Assembly (NCBI GenBank): GCA_027492035.1
Contig: JAOZFT010000001.1
Location: forward strand, 1-64,000
Reading direction: 5' to 3'
Length of the DNA stretch: 64,000 nt
Origin: Thermoproteota archaeon
GTDB lineage: Archaea; Korarchaeota; JAOZGF01; JAOZFZ01
A program made the translations under genes and the position numbers. The notes beneath the pieces are model-generated. The model had not been told where the DNA came from and did no database searches. It was given only the letters and a program-made list of their open reading frames with translations. Shown here in pieces: positions 1 to 9,529 of this stretch (its first letter is position 1; every line of letters begins with the position of its first letter).

Positions 1-98
1 ACTACTGCATTACCTACTTTGCCGGGATGCCTTGAAGCACCTATCACTGCCACACTTGATGGATTAAAGAGTTTTTGTACAGCATCCTCTGAAGCCAT
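1..98 (-). CDS. acdA: ADP-forming acetate/acyl-CoA synthetase alpha subunit, N-terminal fragment (runs off window edge)
   Basis: Manual translation from ATG at 98: MASEDAVQKLFNPSSVAVIGASRHPGKVGNAV, matching the CoA-binding N-terminus LFxPxSVAVIGAS..GKVG; not in the ORF track. Confidence 0.85.
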   Translation of the reverse strand, partial: MASEDAVQKLFNPSSVAVIGASRHPGKVGNAV

Positions 99-815
99 GT
101 TTCCAACCCTTCTTTTTTGTAAGTGAACACATAGAAAAGACAAGGAAAGAATATTTATTCTTAAATTTTTACTGAATTTTAAAACTTTCCTTTCTGACTA
201 ATTTTTAAACAATTAAACCAACCTGTTAAGTTATGTTTTTTTAATTTTATTTCTGAAAGCTCCTCCTTCAAGTTTTAGGAAGGTAAGAGTTTGTGTAAGC
301 TACTTTAAACATACATGCCGTAAAAAAAAGGATCAGTTTTCATGTGAGTTAAAAATTAAAAGAAATAATTTCATCTTTTGCAGAGCCAAAGTGAAAGATA
401 ATCAAGTAAACGTAGAATTGAGAGAATATTTTTGGTTCCATAAATGTAGACTTTAAGATAAAGGTAAAAGAAACCTTTTTCCAGTTTAAGAAAAAATTGC
501 TATGTTTCGTAAAAGCTGTGTTTGGAGAGTAAATCAATTATTCACAACTTAGGTTTCAGTGAAAAATATAAGGAATTACAGAGAGAGTTTACTGGAGCAA
601 ACTGTTGCAAAAAATCTGTTAAAAACAATAATGTTTAAGCATTTTCTTTTAATTTACTGGTTGAACCAAGTATTTAAGTTTAAGGAGGGGTCCAAGGTTT
701 CTGCTGCCCATTATAGGAAATGTGGAAGAAAGACTCATTTAAAGATTGGCCACAAGGTTTTAACTGTTTTAAAGAAAAATTTAAGAGAAATTCTTTAGGT
801 AAAAATTTTAAAAAT

Positions 816-1103
816 TCAGCCTCCACCTATTAACGGCATAAAAACTATTTTGCTTCCGTTTTTAAGTTTCAATTTTTCTCCTCCTTTTAAAGATGAGCCG
901 TCGATTAAAACAATGATATTCCTTTTCACTTTCCCTTTTTTAATAACTGCTTTGCATAACTCTTTATTTCCAATTTTTTCCAGGAGAGAAGCGAGGCTGA
1001 CTTTGTTCCTTGTTTTAAATGACATTTTTCCGCAGCCTGTAACTTGGGTAAGGAAACCAAGAAATCTAAGCTCAACCTCTACATACTTCTCAGCTTCACT
1101 CAC
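816..1103 (-). CDS. MoaD/ThiS/SAMP-family ubiquitin-like (beta-grasp) protein
   Basis: 95 aa, V.V.F.G N-terminus, I.VLIDG core, C-terminal di-glycine (PLIGGG). Confidence 0.85.
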   Translation of the reverse strand: MSEAEKYVEVELRFLGFLTQVTGCGKMSFKTRNKVSLASLLEKIGNKELCKAVIKKGKVKRNIIVLIDGSSLKGGEKLKLKNGSKIVFMPLIGGG

Positions 1104-1244
1104 TTAAAACACCTTTATTGTTAATTTTTTAGTTAATTCCTTACTTTTTTATATACGTCACCAGGTTTCCTAATTTTTTTGCTTATTCCCCAGTTCTTTC
1201 TTTACTTTGATACAGGGCTCTTCTAAAATTTTTTGCAAGTTTGT

Positions 1245-1286
1245 GTTAAAAAAACTTTTTAAATGGTTCTTTTTATGCATAAAGAG
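1245..1286 (+). promoter_or_regulatory. Putative BRE/TATA promoter plus palindromic operator for the ABC operon
   Basis: TGTTAAAAAAACTTTTTAAA followed by CTTTTTATGCATAAAGAG (1269-1286; perfect 12-bp core TTTATGCATAAA). Confidence 0.4.
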
Positions 1287-1365
1287 TATTAAACCTTTTT
1301 CAAGTAACCTTACTCCAGCCTCTTTTCACGCTTGGATGTTGTTTAATTAAAAAAAAGGGAAATGT

Positions 1366-2922
1366 ATGAGGCGGAGAAATGAATTTAAGGAAATGAATGA
1401 AAATATATACAGTGAAGTAACTGTTGAAATGAAAGGAATAACCAAAACCTTTACTGGTGTAGTTGCTAATTATAAAGTAGATTTTAAAGCTGAAGCAGGG
1501 AAAATTCATGCTGTTTTAGGTGAAAACGGAGCTGGAAAAACAACTTTAATGAATATCCTTTACGGCATTTACCAACCTGATGAAGGTGAAATTTTTGTTA
1601 AAGGAAGGAGGGTAAAATTAAAATCACCCAGAGACGCCATAAATTTAGGAATCGGAATGGTTCATCAACACTTCATGTTGATTCCCCCCCACTCTGTTGC
1701 TGAAAACATTGTTTTAGGTTTAAAGGGAAGCAGTTTCTTTTACCCTGCTGAAAAAATAAAAAAGAAACTTTTAGAGATTTCCAGTAAATACGGTTTAGAG
1801 ATAAACCCCGACGCTAAAGTATGGCAGCTTTCAGTTGGTGAGCAACAAAGAGTTGAAATACTTAAAACTTTGTTCAGAGGATCTGACATATTGATCCTGG
1901 ATGAACCTACTTCTGTCCTTACTCCTCCTGAAACCAAAAACCTCTTTAAAACCTTGAAAAAAATGGCTGATGAAGGAAAAACAATAATTTTTATCACACA
2001 TAAATTAGAGGAGGTAATGAATGTAAGCGACGAAGTAACAGTGTTAAGGGAAGGAAAAGTAGTTTTTACAAGTGAAACTTCAAAAACAAACAAAAAGGAG
2101 TTAGCTAAAGAAATGGTTGGTAGAGAAATTCTGTTTAATTCAGAGCTTGGAAACGGTAAATTTGTGAAAGACAGGGTTTCTTTGGAAGTTGAAAAAATTT
2201 CTGTTTTAAACGATAAAGGGCTACTTGCCTTAAAAAATGTGTCTTTCACTGTTTCTGAAGGAGAAATACTTGGAGTAGCTGGTGTAGCCGGTAATGGACA
2301 GAAAGAACTTGTTGAAGCCATTACTGGATTAAGAAAAGTTTTAAAGGGAAAAATAAAGATTTTAGGCAAAGACTTAACTAACAAATCCCCAAGAGAAATC
2401 CATGGCATAGGGGTTTCCCATATTCCTGAAGAAAGAGTCAAGACAGGTATTGTCCCGAACTTAAGTGTAATGGAGAATGTTGTACTTAGGGATTACTATC
2501 ACCCCCCCTTCTCTAACGGGTTCTTTCTAAACTGGAAGTTTATACGGGCTTACACACAGAACTTAGTGGATCAATACAGAATTTTAACTCCAAATCTTAA
2601 CACTCCTGTTAAGCTATTATCTGGAGGAAACATACAAAGAATTATTCTTGCACGTGAAATTTCTCGCCACCCTAAATTAATAATTGCTTCTCATCCCACT
2701 TACGGTTTAGATATAGCAGCAACAGAGCATATTCACAAGTTGTTGCGTGAACAAAAGGGGAAAGGAGCAGCTGTGCTTTTAGTTTCAGAAGATTTGGATG
2801 AAATAATGAGTTTAAGCGACAGAGTAATTGTTTTGTTTAGGGGGGAAATAATAGGGGAATTCAAAGCTTCTGAAGCTAAAATTGAGGAAATAGGTTTAAT
2901 GATGGCTGGAGTAAAAGGGTAA
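1366..2922 (+). CDS. Nucleoside/purine ABC transporter ATP-binding protein (CUT2 family, two NBDs)
   Basis: Walker A GENGAGKTT, LSVGEQQ, ILDEPT, second NBD LSGGNIQ; true start may be slightly downstream. Confidence 0.92.
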   Translation: MRRRNEFKEMNENIYSEVTVEMKGITKTFTGVVANYKVDFKAEAGKIHAVLGENGAGKTTLMNILYGIYQPDEGEIFVKGRRVKLKSPRDAINLGIGMVHQHFMLIPPHSVAENIVLGLKGSSFFYPAEKIKKKLLEISSKYGLEINPDAKVWQLSVGEQQRVEILKTLFRGSDILILDEPTSVLTPPETKNLFKTLKKMADEGKTIIFITHKLEEVMNVSDEVTVLREGKVVFTSETSKTNKKELAKEMVGREILFNSELGNGKFVKDRVSLEVEKISVLNDKGLLALKNVSFTVSEGEILGVAGVAGNGQKELVEAITGLRKVLKGKIKILGKDLTNKSPREIHGIGVSHIPEERVKTGIVPNLSVMENVVLRDYYHPPFSNGFFLNWKFIRAYTQNLVDQYRILTPNLNTPVKLLSGGNIQRIILAREISRHPKLIIASHPTYGLDIAATEHIHKLLREQKGKGAAVLLVSEDLDEIMSLSDRVIVLFRGEIIGEFKASEAKIEEIGLMMAGVKG

Positions 2923-3981
2923 ATGAAGATTAAAATTGAAAAAACCAGTTTCCCATCTAAAACAAAATCTTTAACAGTTACCCTTTTTTCAGTAATTACT
3001 GCTTTACTTACAGCTGCAGCTATTTTCCAATTTTACGGTGTCAACCCTTTAAGTGCATATGAAAAAATTCTTTATGGAGCATTCGGAACTCCTTATGCAT
3101 GGTCTGAAACAATAGTCAAAACAATACCTCTCCTTCTTTGCAGCATAGGTTTAGGTGTTGCTTTCAAAGCAGTCATTTGGAACATAGGCGCTGAGGGTCA
3201 GCTTTTAATAGGGGCAATAACAGCCACATGTGTAGCGCTTAATTTCCCAAACCTGCCGTCTATTTCACTTTTACCTTTAATGTTTATTTCAGGTTTCATA
3301 GGGGGGGCTGTTTGGGGGTTAATACCTGGTTTCTTAAAAGCTGAATTTGAAGCTGATGAAATAATAACCACGTTAATGCTTAACTATATAGCTGAAAACT
3401 TACTTAAATACCTTGTTTACGGCCCTTGGAAAGGATCTGAAGAATGGGGCTTCCCCTACACAAACAAATTCTCGGTTTCAGCTCAATTGCCAAGGATTCC
3501 AAACACAAGGATACATTATCCAACCTTACTAATAGGTTTGATCTTAACTGTTCTTCTGTACATTTTAATGACTAAAACCAAGTTAGGATATGAAATAAGG
3601 GTGGTTGGGGAAAGCAGAGAAGCTTCAAAGTATGCAGGAATAAATTTCAAAAAGATTATTTTGATAGTAATGATTATAAGTGGAGGATTAGCTGGTTTAG
3701 CTGGCGTAGGAGAGGTAGCAGGGATACATCACCGTTTAAAAGTGGGTATATCTCCAGGGTACGGTTACACAGCCATAATAATTGCTTGGCTTGGGAAATT
3801 AAATCCTTTAGGTATATTAATAGCTTCTGTGTTGTTTGGAGGGTTAATGGTTGGGGGAGATATGATTCAGGTTTCGCTGGGATTGCCCTTCTCTGTTATA
3901 AACATGTTTAATGGGTTAATTCTTTTCTTTGTGGTTAGTGGAGAGTTCCTTATGAGGTATAAAATAAAAATAAAGCGGTGA
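2923..3981 (+). CDS. Nucleoside ABC transporter permease 1
   Basis: Multi-TM, WNIGAEGQ motif, GYGYTAIIIAWLG. Confidence 0.9.
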   Translation: MKIKIEKTSFPSKTKSLTVTLFSVITALLTAAAIFQFYGVNPLSAYEKILYGAFGTPYAWSETIVKTIPLLLCSIGLGVAFKAVIWNIGAEGQLLIGAITATCVALNFPNLPSISLLPLMFISGFIGGAVWGLIPGFLKAEFEADEIITTLMLNYIAENLLKYLVYGPWKGSEEWGFPYTNKFSVSAQLPRIPNTRIHYPTLLIGLILTVLLYILMTKTKLGYEIRVVGESREASKYAGINFKKIILIVMIISGGLAGLAGVGEVAGIHHRLKVGISPGYGYTAIIIAWLGKLNPLGILIASVLFGGLMVGGDMIQVSLGLPFSVINMFNGLILFFVVSGEFLMRYKIKIKR

Positions 3982-4913
3982 AAAACCGGATGGAAGTAGA
4001 ACTTATAATTTCTGTTCTGAAATTAACGATGGAGGCAGGGACTCCTTTATTACTAGGAACCTTAGGTGAAATTTACGCTGAAAGATCAGGAGTTTTAAAC
4101 TTAGGAGTTGAGGGAATGATGATCATGGGTGCTGTAACAGCTTTTGCTTCAACAATATATACCGGGAATCCTTGGGTTGGGGTAGCTGCAGCAGCTGCAG
4201 TTGGTGGTTTAATGTCTCTTATTCATTCCTTTATAAGCATAACTTTGAAAGGAAACCAAATTGTTTCAGGTTTAGCTTTAACAATGTTTGGTTTAGGGTT
4301 AAGCGGCTTAATAGGGAAAAACTATATAGGTTTAACAGTGAGAAGAATAAATGAATTCTCCATCCCTGCACTTTCAAAAATTCCTTTTTTAGGACCTATT
4401 ATTTTTCAACATGACCTCTTAGTTTATTTATCCCTTGCCCTTGTACCAATTATGTGGTTCATCCTTTTCAAAACAAGAATTGGGATAAACATCAGGTCAG
4501 TAGGTGAAAACCCGGCAGCTGCCGACACATTAGGAGTAAATGTGGTTTTGACAAGGTACCTCTGCGTATTTACAGGTGGAGTGTTAGCAGGTGTTGCAGG
4601 AGCTTATCTCTCTTTGGTTTATACTCCAGAATGGATAGAAGGAATGACAGCTGGGAAAGGATGGATTGTTATTGCTTTAACAATTTTCTCAACATGGAAC
4701 CCCTTAAATGCCCTCGTTGGAGCGTATCTGTTTGGGGGAATTGACGCTATACAGTTTAACCTTCAGCCTTTAGGCATACCTGTCAACGTTCTAAAAATGC
4801 TGCCTTACCTTATGACAATTATTGTTTTGCTAATGGTGACGCGAAAAACAATCAGAAAAAAGATAGGTGCACCTGCAGCATTAGGGATACCTTACTCAAG
4901 AGAAGAAAAATGA
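3978..4913 (+). CDS. Nucleoside ABC transporter permease 2
   Basis: ERSGVLNLGVEGMM, RSVGENP, C-terminal APAALGIPY.RE. Confidence 0.9.
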   Translation: MKNRMEVELIISVLKLTMEAGTPLLLGTLGEIYAERSGVLNLGVEGMMIMGAVTAFASTIYTGNPWVGVAAAAAVGGLMSLIHSFISITLKGNQIVSGLALTMFGLGLSGLIGKNYIGLTVRRINEFSIPALSKIPFLGPIIFQHDLLVYLSLALVPIMWFILFKTRIGINIRSVGENPAAADTLGVNVVLTRYLCVFTGGVLAGVAGAYLSLVYTPEWIEGMTAGKGWIVIALTIFSTWNPLNALVGAYLFGGIDAIQFNLQPLGIPVNVLKMLPYLMTIIVLLMVTRKTIRKKIGAPAALGIPYSREEK

Positions 4914-5318
4914 AAAATATGTATTTTCCCAGATTTTCACTTAAAAGGGGGGTTTATGAAGCAGTTTCTTTTTCAGGAAACTGAATCAAACCAAAACCAA
5001 AAACATGTACTGTACTCCTATAAGTTTTTGAAAAGAATTAGGGGTTCATTTTTCAATTCCTGTAAACATGTTTTTTAAGTCACCCTTGTCAATTATATCC
5101 GTTTTATAAGCTCTGCTAACCTTCCCTGAAACTGAAAAATATTGTTTCAAACAGATACGTTTTGTTTTCTTCTCTTTTCTTTCTCTGTTTGAAAGGAAAG
5201 GAAAGACTCCACTATGCTCTATCTCTCTCAAACACTGATTCGGAAAAGAAATTTCTTTTGAAACAATTCAAGTTTCTGAAAAATATTTTTATAATTCCTT
5301 TATTTTATCAAAAGAAAC

Positions 5319-6023
5319 ATGGATAAATTAAGCGAAATCAAAAATAAAATTTTTGCGGTAGAGATTCTTCAGACTCTTAAAAAGAGTTACTCTTACAACG
5401 AGATTTCAAACATGTTCCAGTTACCTATACCTACATTAAGTAGATACATTAACGGCCATGTTTTGCCTAATATGGAAAGAGCTGCGGAAATAATTAATTT
5501 TTTCAAGGAAAAAGAACTTATTGGATTGGTGAAGAAAAAAACAAAACGTCAAGGTAATGTGGTTGATGATTCACGGGTTCTCTGCAATATTTCTCTTCTA
5601 GATAAAATCGCTAAAGTTGTTTGTTACGAGTTCAGGAATACACAAATCGATAAAATAATGACTAAAGAAACCGATGGTGTACCATTGGCTGTTTTAACAG
5701 GTAAAAATTTAGGAGTTGATGTTTTAGTTGTTAAGAAAAGGAAAGATGTTGCGGTAAGCGATTTTATAGAAGCGAAAATAAGTTACCCCAGCGGCCTTTA
5801 CAGTTACATTTATCTTCCTTCAGGTGAAATTAAGAAAAACGAAAAAATCTTGCTGATAGATGACATAATAAGGACAGGGTCAACCATTAGAGGGTTATAT
5901 GTTCTATGTAAGAAAGTAGGCGCCCAAGTAGCCGGTGTATATACCATTTTTTCTCTAGGCACTTTAACTGAAAAGTTGGAAAAGGAATTAAAAGTCCCTG
6001 TAAAATGTCTTGTTCATTTATGA
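5319..6023 (+). CDS. HTH-phosphoribosyltransferase fusion (PurR-like archaeal purine/PRPP-responsive regulator)
   Basis: N-terminal HTH (SYNEISNMFQLPIPTLSRYING) plus PRPP-binding loop LLIDDIIRTGST; embedded in the nucleoside transport cluster. Confidence 0.8.
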   Translation: MDKLSEIKNKIFAVEILQTLKKSYSYNEISNMFQLPIPTLSRYINGHVLPNMERAAEIINFFKEKELIGLVKKKTKRQGNVVDDSRVLCNISLLDKIAKVVCYEFRNTQIDKIMTKETDGVPLAVLTGKNLGVDVLVVKKRKDVAVSDFIEAKISYPSGLYSYIYLPSGEIKKNEKILLIDDIIRTGSTIRGLYVLCKKVGAQVAGVYTIFSLGTLTEKLEKELKVPVKCLVHL

Positions 6024-6559
6024 ATAACATCTATAACCCTTTCTTAATCCTTCTTTAAAAAAGAATAGCATTAAAAAAATAATTGAGTGATTTTCGGTAT
6101 CCGAAACTTATCTTTACATCTCTGCTGCTTCCTCGTACACCTTTATCAACTCTAAATCCGAGGAGAAACCTCACTAAAAAATTTTTTGGAAAATAAAAGG
6201 TTAAGCGGCTTTTTCCTCTTTCAATTATTTTCCTTAAATTAAAATCTTCCTCACCCTCATTTAGGGAAAAATGTTGATTCTGCATTGATTTTATCAAGTG
6301 ATTTCGGGTTAAGTTGCTTCACATTACCCTTCTTAACTTATAAACTGCATTTTATTCAGTTCTGCTTAATTCAACTGCATTAGTAGGTTTTAAGTTGCCC
6401 AAGAAAGATGCAGGTAGTGTCTCTTAAGCTATAAATAACTTCTTTCTTTATTTGCAAAAATATGTTAAAAAAGATTTAAAAAGAGCATTATTTTATACAT
6501 ATCCAATACTTCTGTATTACAGATTTAATAGAGAATCATGAGGAGGTATGTAGTAAAAA

Positions 6560-7813
6560 ATGAAATCTAAATATGGAATAATTGGTTTAGCGTGGTTTCT
6601 ACTTCTTTTGTTGATAGCAGGCTGTGTAGGACAGCCACCTTCTCCATCACCTAAACCTACAACAGTTACACCGACACCAACCTCAACTCCCACACCTAGC
6701 TCTGTTTCTGAAAAGAAAATAAAGGCTGCGTTCATTTACGTAGGCCCAATAGGTGACTATGGTTGGACGCATGCTCACGACAAAGCCCGAAAATATGTTG
6801 ACAACTTGTTTCCATGGCTTAAAACCTCTTACGCAGAATCTGTAGCTGAAGGAGATGCTGACAGGTACATTGATAGATTCATTCATGAAGGATACGACGT
6901 AGTTTTCACAACAAGCTTTGGTTACATGGATTCCACTATCGAAGCTGGTAAAAAATACCCTGACAAAATATTTTTCCATTGTTCAGGGTATAAAAGGTAC
7001 AAAAACGTTGGAACCTATTTTGCAGAGTTTTATCAACTTTACTACTTAAACGGTTTAATGGCTGGTGCATTAACGAAATCCAACAAAATAGGGTACGTAG
7101 GTGCTTATCCAACACCTGAAGTTGTTAGACACATTAACGCTTTTGCTTTAGGAATCAAGGAAGTTAACTCTGAAGCAAAAGTTTACGTTAGATGGCTTTT
7201 CTCTTGGTACGACCCAAGCAAGGCTAAAGAAGCAGCTGAATCATTAATAGCTGAAGGAGTAGACACTTTAGCATTTACTGAGGATTCCCCCACAGTTGTT
7301 GAAGTAGGCCAGGAACATACAGAGAAAGGGCAACAAATTTACACATTTGCTCATTACAGTCCCATGTTAAAATTTGGTCCAGATACTGTTGTAAGCGGGC
7401 AATTGGTTCATTGGGAGAAAATATATGAGGATATTCTTTCAAAAATTTACACTGGCATTTACAACTCAACTAACCTTGAAAACGTAGATTACTGGTGGAT
7501 GCTTAAGGAGCATGCTGTAGAACTAGGAGTAGACTATGGCACCCCTATTAATCCAAAATTCATCAACCAGTTGAAAGCTGTGAAAGTGAAAGAAAAAGTT
7601 ACTGGGCAGGAAATGAGTGTTTACGATTTAGTGATGTTGCGTTTGAAACAAATGAGTGAAGAAGTACCTACTTTTGACCCTTATACTGGACCTATTTATG
7701 ACCAGAACGGAAAACTCAGGGCTAAACCTGGGGAAAGATTAGGGCATGATCCACTTTGGACTATGGATTGGTTTGTAAGCAATGTCGTCGGAGAAGTACC
7801 TAAACCTTCCTAA
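6560..7813 (+). CDS. BMP-family ABC substrate-binding lipoprotein (purine/nucleoside)
   Basis: Signal peptide with lipobox IAGC, P/T linker, YVGPIGDYGWTHAHD, INAFALG, WYDP. Confidence 0.9.
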   Translation: MKSKYGIIGLAWFLLLLLIAGCVGQPPSPSPKPTTVTPTPTSTPTPSSVSEKKIKAAFIYVGPIGDYGWTHAHDKARKYVDNLFPWLKTSYAESVAEGDADRYIDRFIHEGYDVVFTTSFGYMDSTIEAGKKYPDKIFFHCSGYKRYKNVGTYFAEFYQLYYLNGLMAGALTKSNKIGYVGAYPTPEVVRHINAFALGIKEVNSEAKVYVRWLFSWYDPSKAKEAAESLIAEGVDTLAFTEDSPTVVEVGQEHTEKGQQIYTFAHYSPMLKFGPDTVVSGQLVHWEKIYEDILSKIYTGIYNSTNLENVDYWWMLKEHAVELGVDYGTPINPKFINQLKAVKVKEKVTGQEMSVYDLVMLRLKQMSEEVPTFDPYTGPIYDQNGKLRAKPGERLGHDPLWTMDWFVSNVVGEVPKPS

Positions 7814-7821
7814 TCTAGGCT

Positions 7822-7851
7822 TTCATTTTTCTTTTCCTTTTTTCTTTTTTT
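7822..7851 (+). terminator. Oligo-T archaeal terminator between convergent genes
   Basis: T-rich tract ttcatttttcttttccttttttctttttt directly after the BMP stop. Confidence 0.45.
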
Positions 7852-7861
7852 GGGAGGTGGG

Positions 7862-8623
7862 TTAATCCATGTATCTTCCGCCATTTATGTTGATTGTTTC
7901 GCCTGTTATGTAATCGTTACTTAACAGAAAAATAATTGTTTCAGCTACTTCTTCAGGTTTTGCTATCCTGCCTAATGGACATAACTTTTTCAGTTTCTCC
8001 TTCATTTCTTTTGAAATCATTTCAGTGTCCACTGGACCTGGAGCTACTGCGTTAACTGTTATATTGTAAGGGGCTAACTCCCTCGCTAAAGCCATAGTTA
8101 AACCTATTACCCCTGCCTTTGAAGCTGCGTATGCAACTCCAACTGTTCCTCCGTTTTTTCCAGCTATCGAAGAAACATTAATTATTTTTCCTCCTCCCTG
8201 TTTTATCATGTACTTTGCTGCTTCCTTGGCGCAATTAAAGACTCCTTTCAAATTTACATTAATTATTTCATCCCATTCCTCTTCATTTATTTCTGTTATT
8301 TTATAGTGTTTAGGCAGTATTCCAGCGTTGTTCACTAAAATATCTATTCTTCCAAACACTTCCATTATTTTTTTAAACATTAATTTACAATCTTTAGTTT
8401 TTGAAACATCAGCTTCTACAGCTATTGCGTTCATCCCTTTACTTTTTATTTCTTTAACTGTTTCTTCTGCTTTCTTCTTGTTTTTAACGTAATTAATTAT
8501 TACATCCGCCCCTAACTCAGCTAAAGCTAAAGCTGTGGCTTTACCTATTCCTCTACTTGAACCAGTCACTAAAGCAACTTTCCCTTTCAAATTCACTTTT
8601 TCTACACCACCTTGTTTTTCCAA
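7862..8623 (-). CDS. fabG: SDR family oxidoreductase (3-oxoacyl-ACP reductase FabG-like)
   Basis: TGSSRGIG, NNAG, YAASK catalytic motif. Confidence 0.85.
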   Translation of the reverse strand: MEKQGGVEKVNLKGKVALVTGSSRGIGKATALALAELGADVIINYVKNKKKAEETVKEIKSKGMNAIAVEADVSKTKDCKLMFKKIMEVFGRIDILVNNAGILPKHYKITEINEEEWDEIINVNLKGVFNCAKEAAKYMIKQGGGKIINVSSIAGKNGGTVGVAYAASKAGVIGLTMALARELAPYNITVNAVAPGPVDTEMISKEMKEKLKKLCPLGRIAKPEEVAETIIFLLSNDYITGETININGGRYMD

Positions 8624-8735
8624 GTTTTCTTAATTGTTCCTTGACTAGGTTTACTTTTTAAGACAAAACATTTACTTTTTTGTACCCATATTTCTTTTAT
8701 ATTTTCTTCTGAAGCTTTTAATTTTTCAAGTTGAG

Positions 8736-9464
8736 ATGAAATTGACTTTTACAAACAAGGACTTAGTTAAAGAACTTTTGAAAAATTTTGGAGTTAAATA
8801 CTCCACTATAATCGGGGTAAATCTCTCAAATGGGGAGTCTCAAGAAGTTTTTAAATGGTTTATAGCCTCTATTCTTTTTGGTGCCCCCTTGTCTGAAACT
8901 ATTGTTTTTAAGACTTACCGCGAATTCGAAAAAGAAAAACTTTTAACTCCGGAAAAAATACTAAACGCTGGTTGGGATAAATTAGTTGAAGTGTTGGATC
9001 AAGGATCATATGTGAGGCTCGACTTCAAAACAGCAACTAAACTTTTAAATGTAATAAATAATTTGGTTAGTAATTATCAAGGCGACTTAAACCTTCTCCA
9101 TAAAAAAGCTTTAAACTTTGAAGACTTAGAAAAACGCTTGAAAGAACTTGGTAAAGGTATAGGGAATGTAACAGTTAGTATATTCCTTAGAGAATTAAGA
9201 GGCATCTGGGTTAAAGCGGATCCAAAGCCAACTTATTTCACAATCTTAGCAGCAGAAAATTTAGGAATCGTAACTACAAAAGAACCAGGAAAAGCTTTAA
9301 TTCAACTTAAAAATTTTTGGAGAAACAATGAAGTTTCAGGAATGGATTTCATAAACTTTGAAACAGCATTAACTAGGCTTGGAAAAAACCTCTGCAGGAA
9401 GAATAAATGCAAGAGATGCCAATTTGTAAAGACTTGTAGGTTTTTTAATTCATCTTGGAAGTAG
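8736..9464 (+). CDS. HhH-GPD/endonuclease III-like protein with C-terminal Cys cluster
   Basis: HhH motif LKELGKGIGNVTVSIFL; C-terminal CRKNKCKRCQFVKTC resembles an FeS-loop motif. Confidence 0.6.
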   Translation: MKLTFTNKDLVKELLKNFGVKYSTIIGVNLSNGESQEVFKWFIASILFGAPLSETIVFKTYREFEKEKLLTPEKILNAGWDKLVEVLDQGSYVRLDFKTATKLLNVINNLVSNYQGDLNLLHKKALNFEDLEKRLKELGKGIGNVTVSIFLRELRGIWVKADPKPTYFTILAAENLGIVTTKEPGKALIQLKNFWRNNEVSGMDFINFETALTRLGKNLCRKNKCKRCQFVKTCRFFNSSWK

Positions 9465-9529
9465 AAGTCTTAATGCTTAGTAGGAAGGAGTTAAATATAT
9501 AATTTTTAAGAATTTAAATTTTCTTAAAA

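Noticed and set aside
349-798. Short ORFs 349-537 and 559-798, possibly a decayed gene
   Set aside because: No convincing motif; only a faint resemblance to an FAD-oxidase C-terminus
4914-6516. Minus-strand ORFs 5046-5231 and 6055-6297 flanking the HTH-PRTase gene
   Set aside because: No recognisable family, SD or coherent frame; may be decayed DNA
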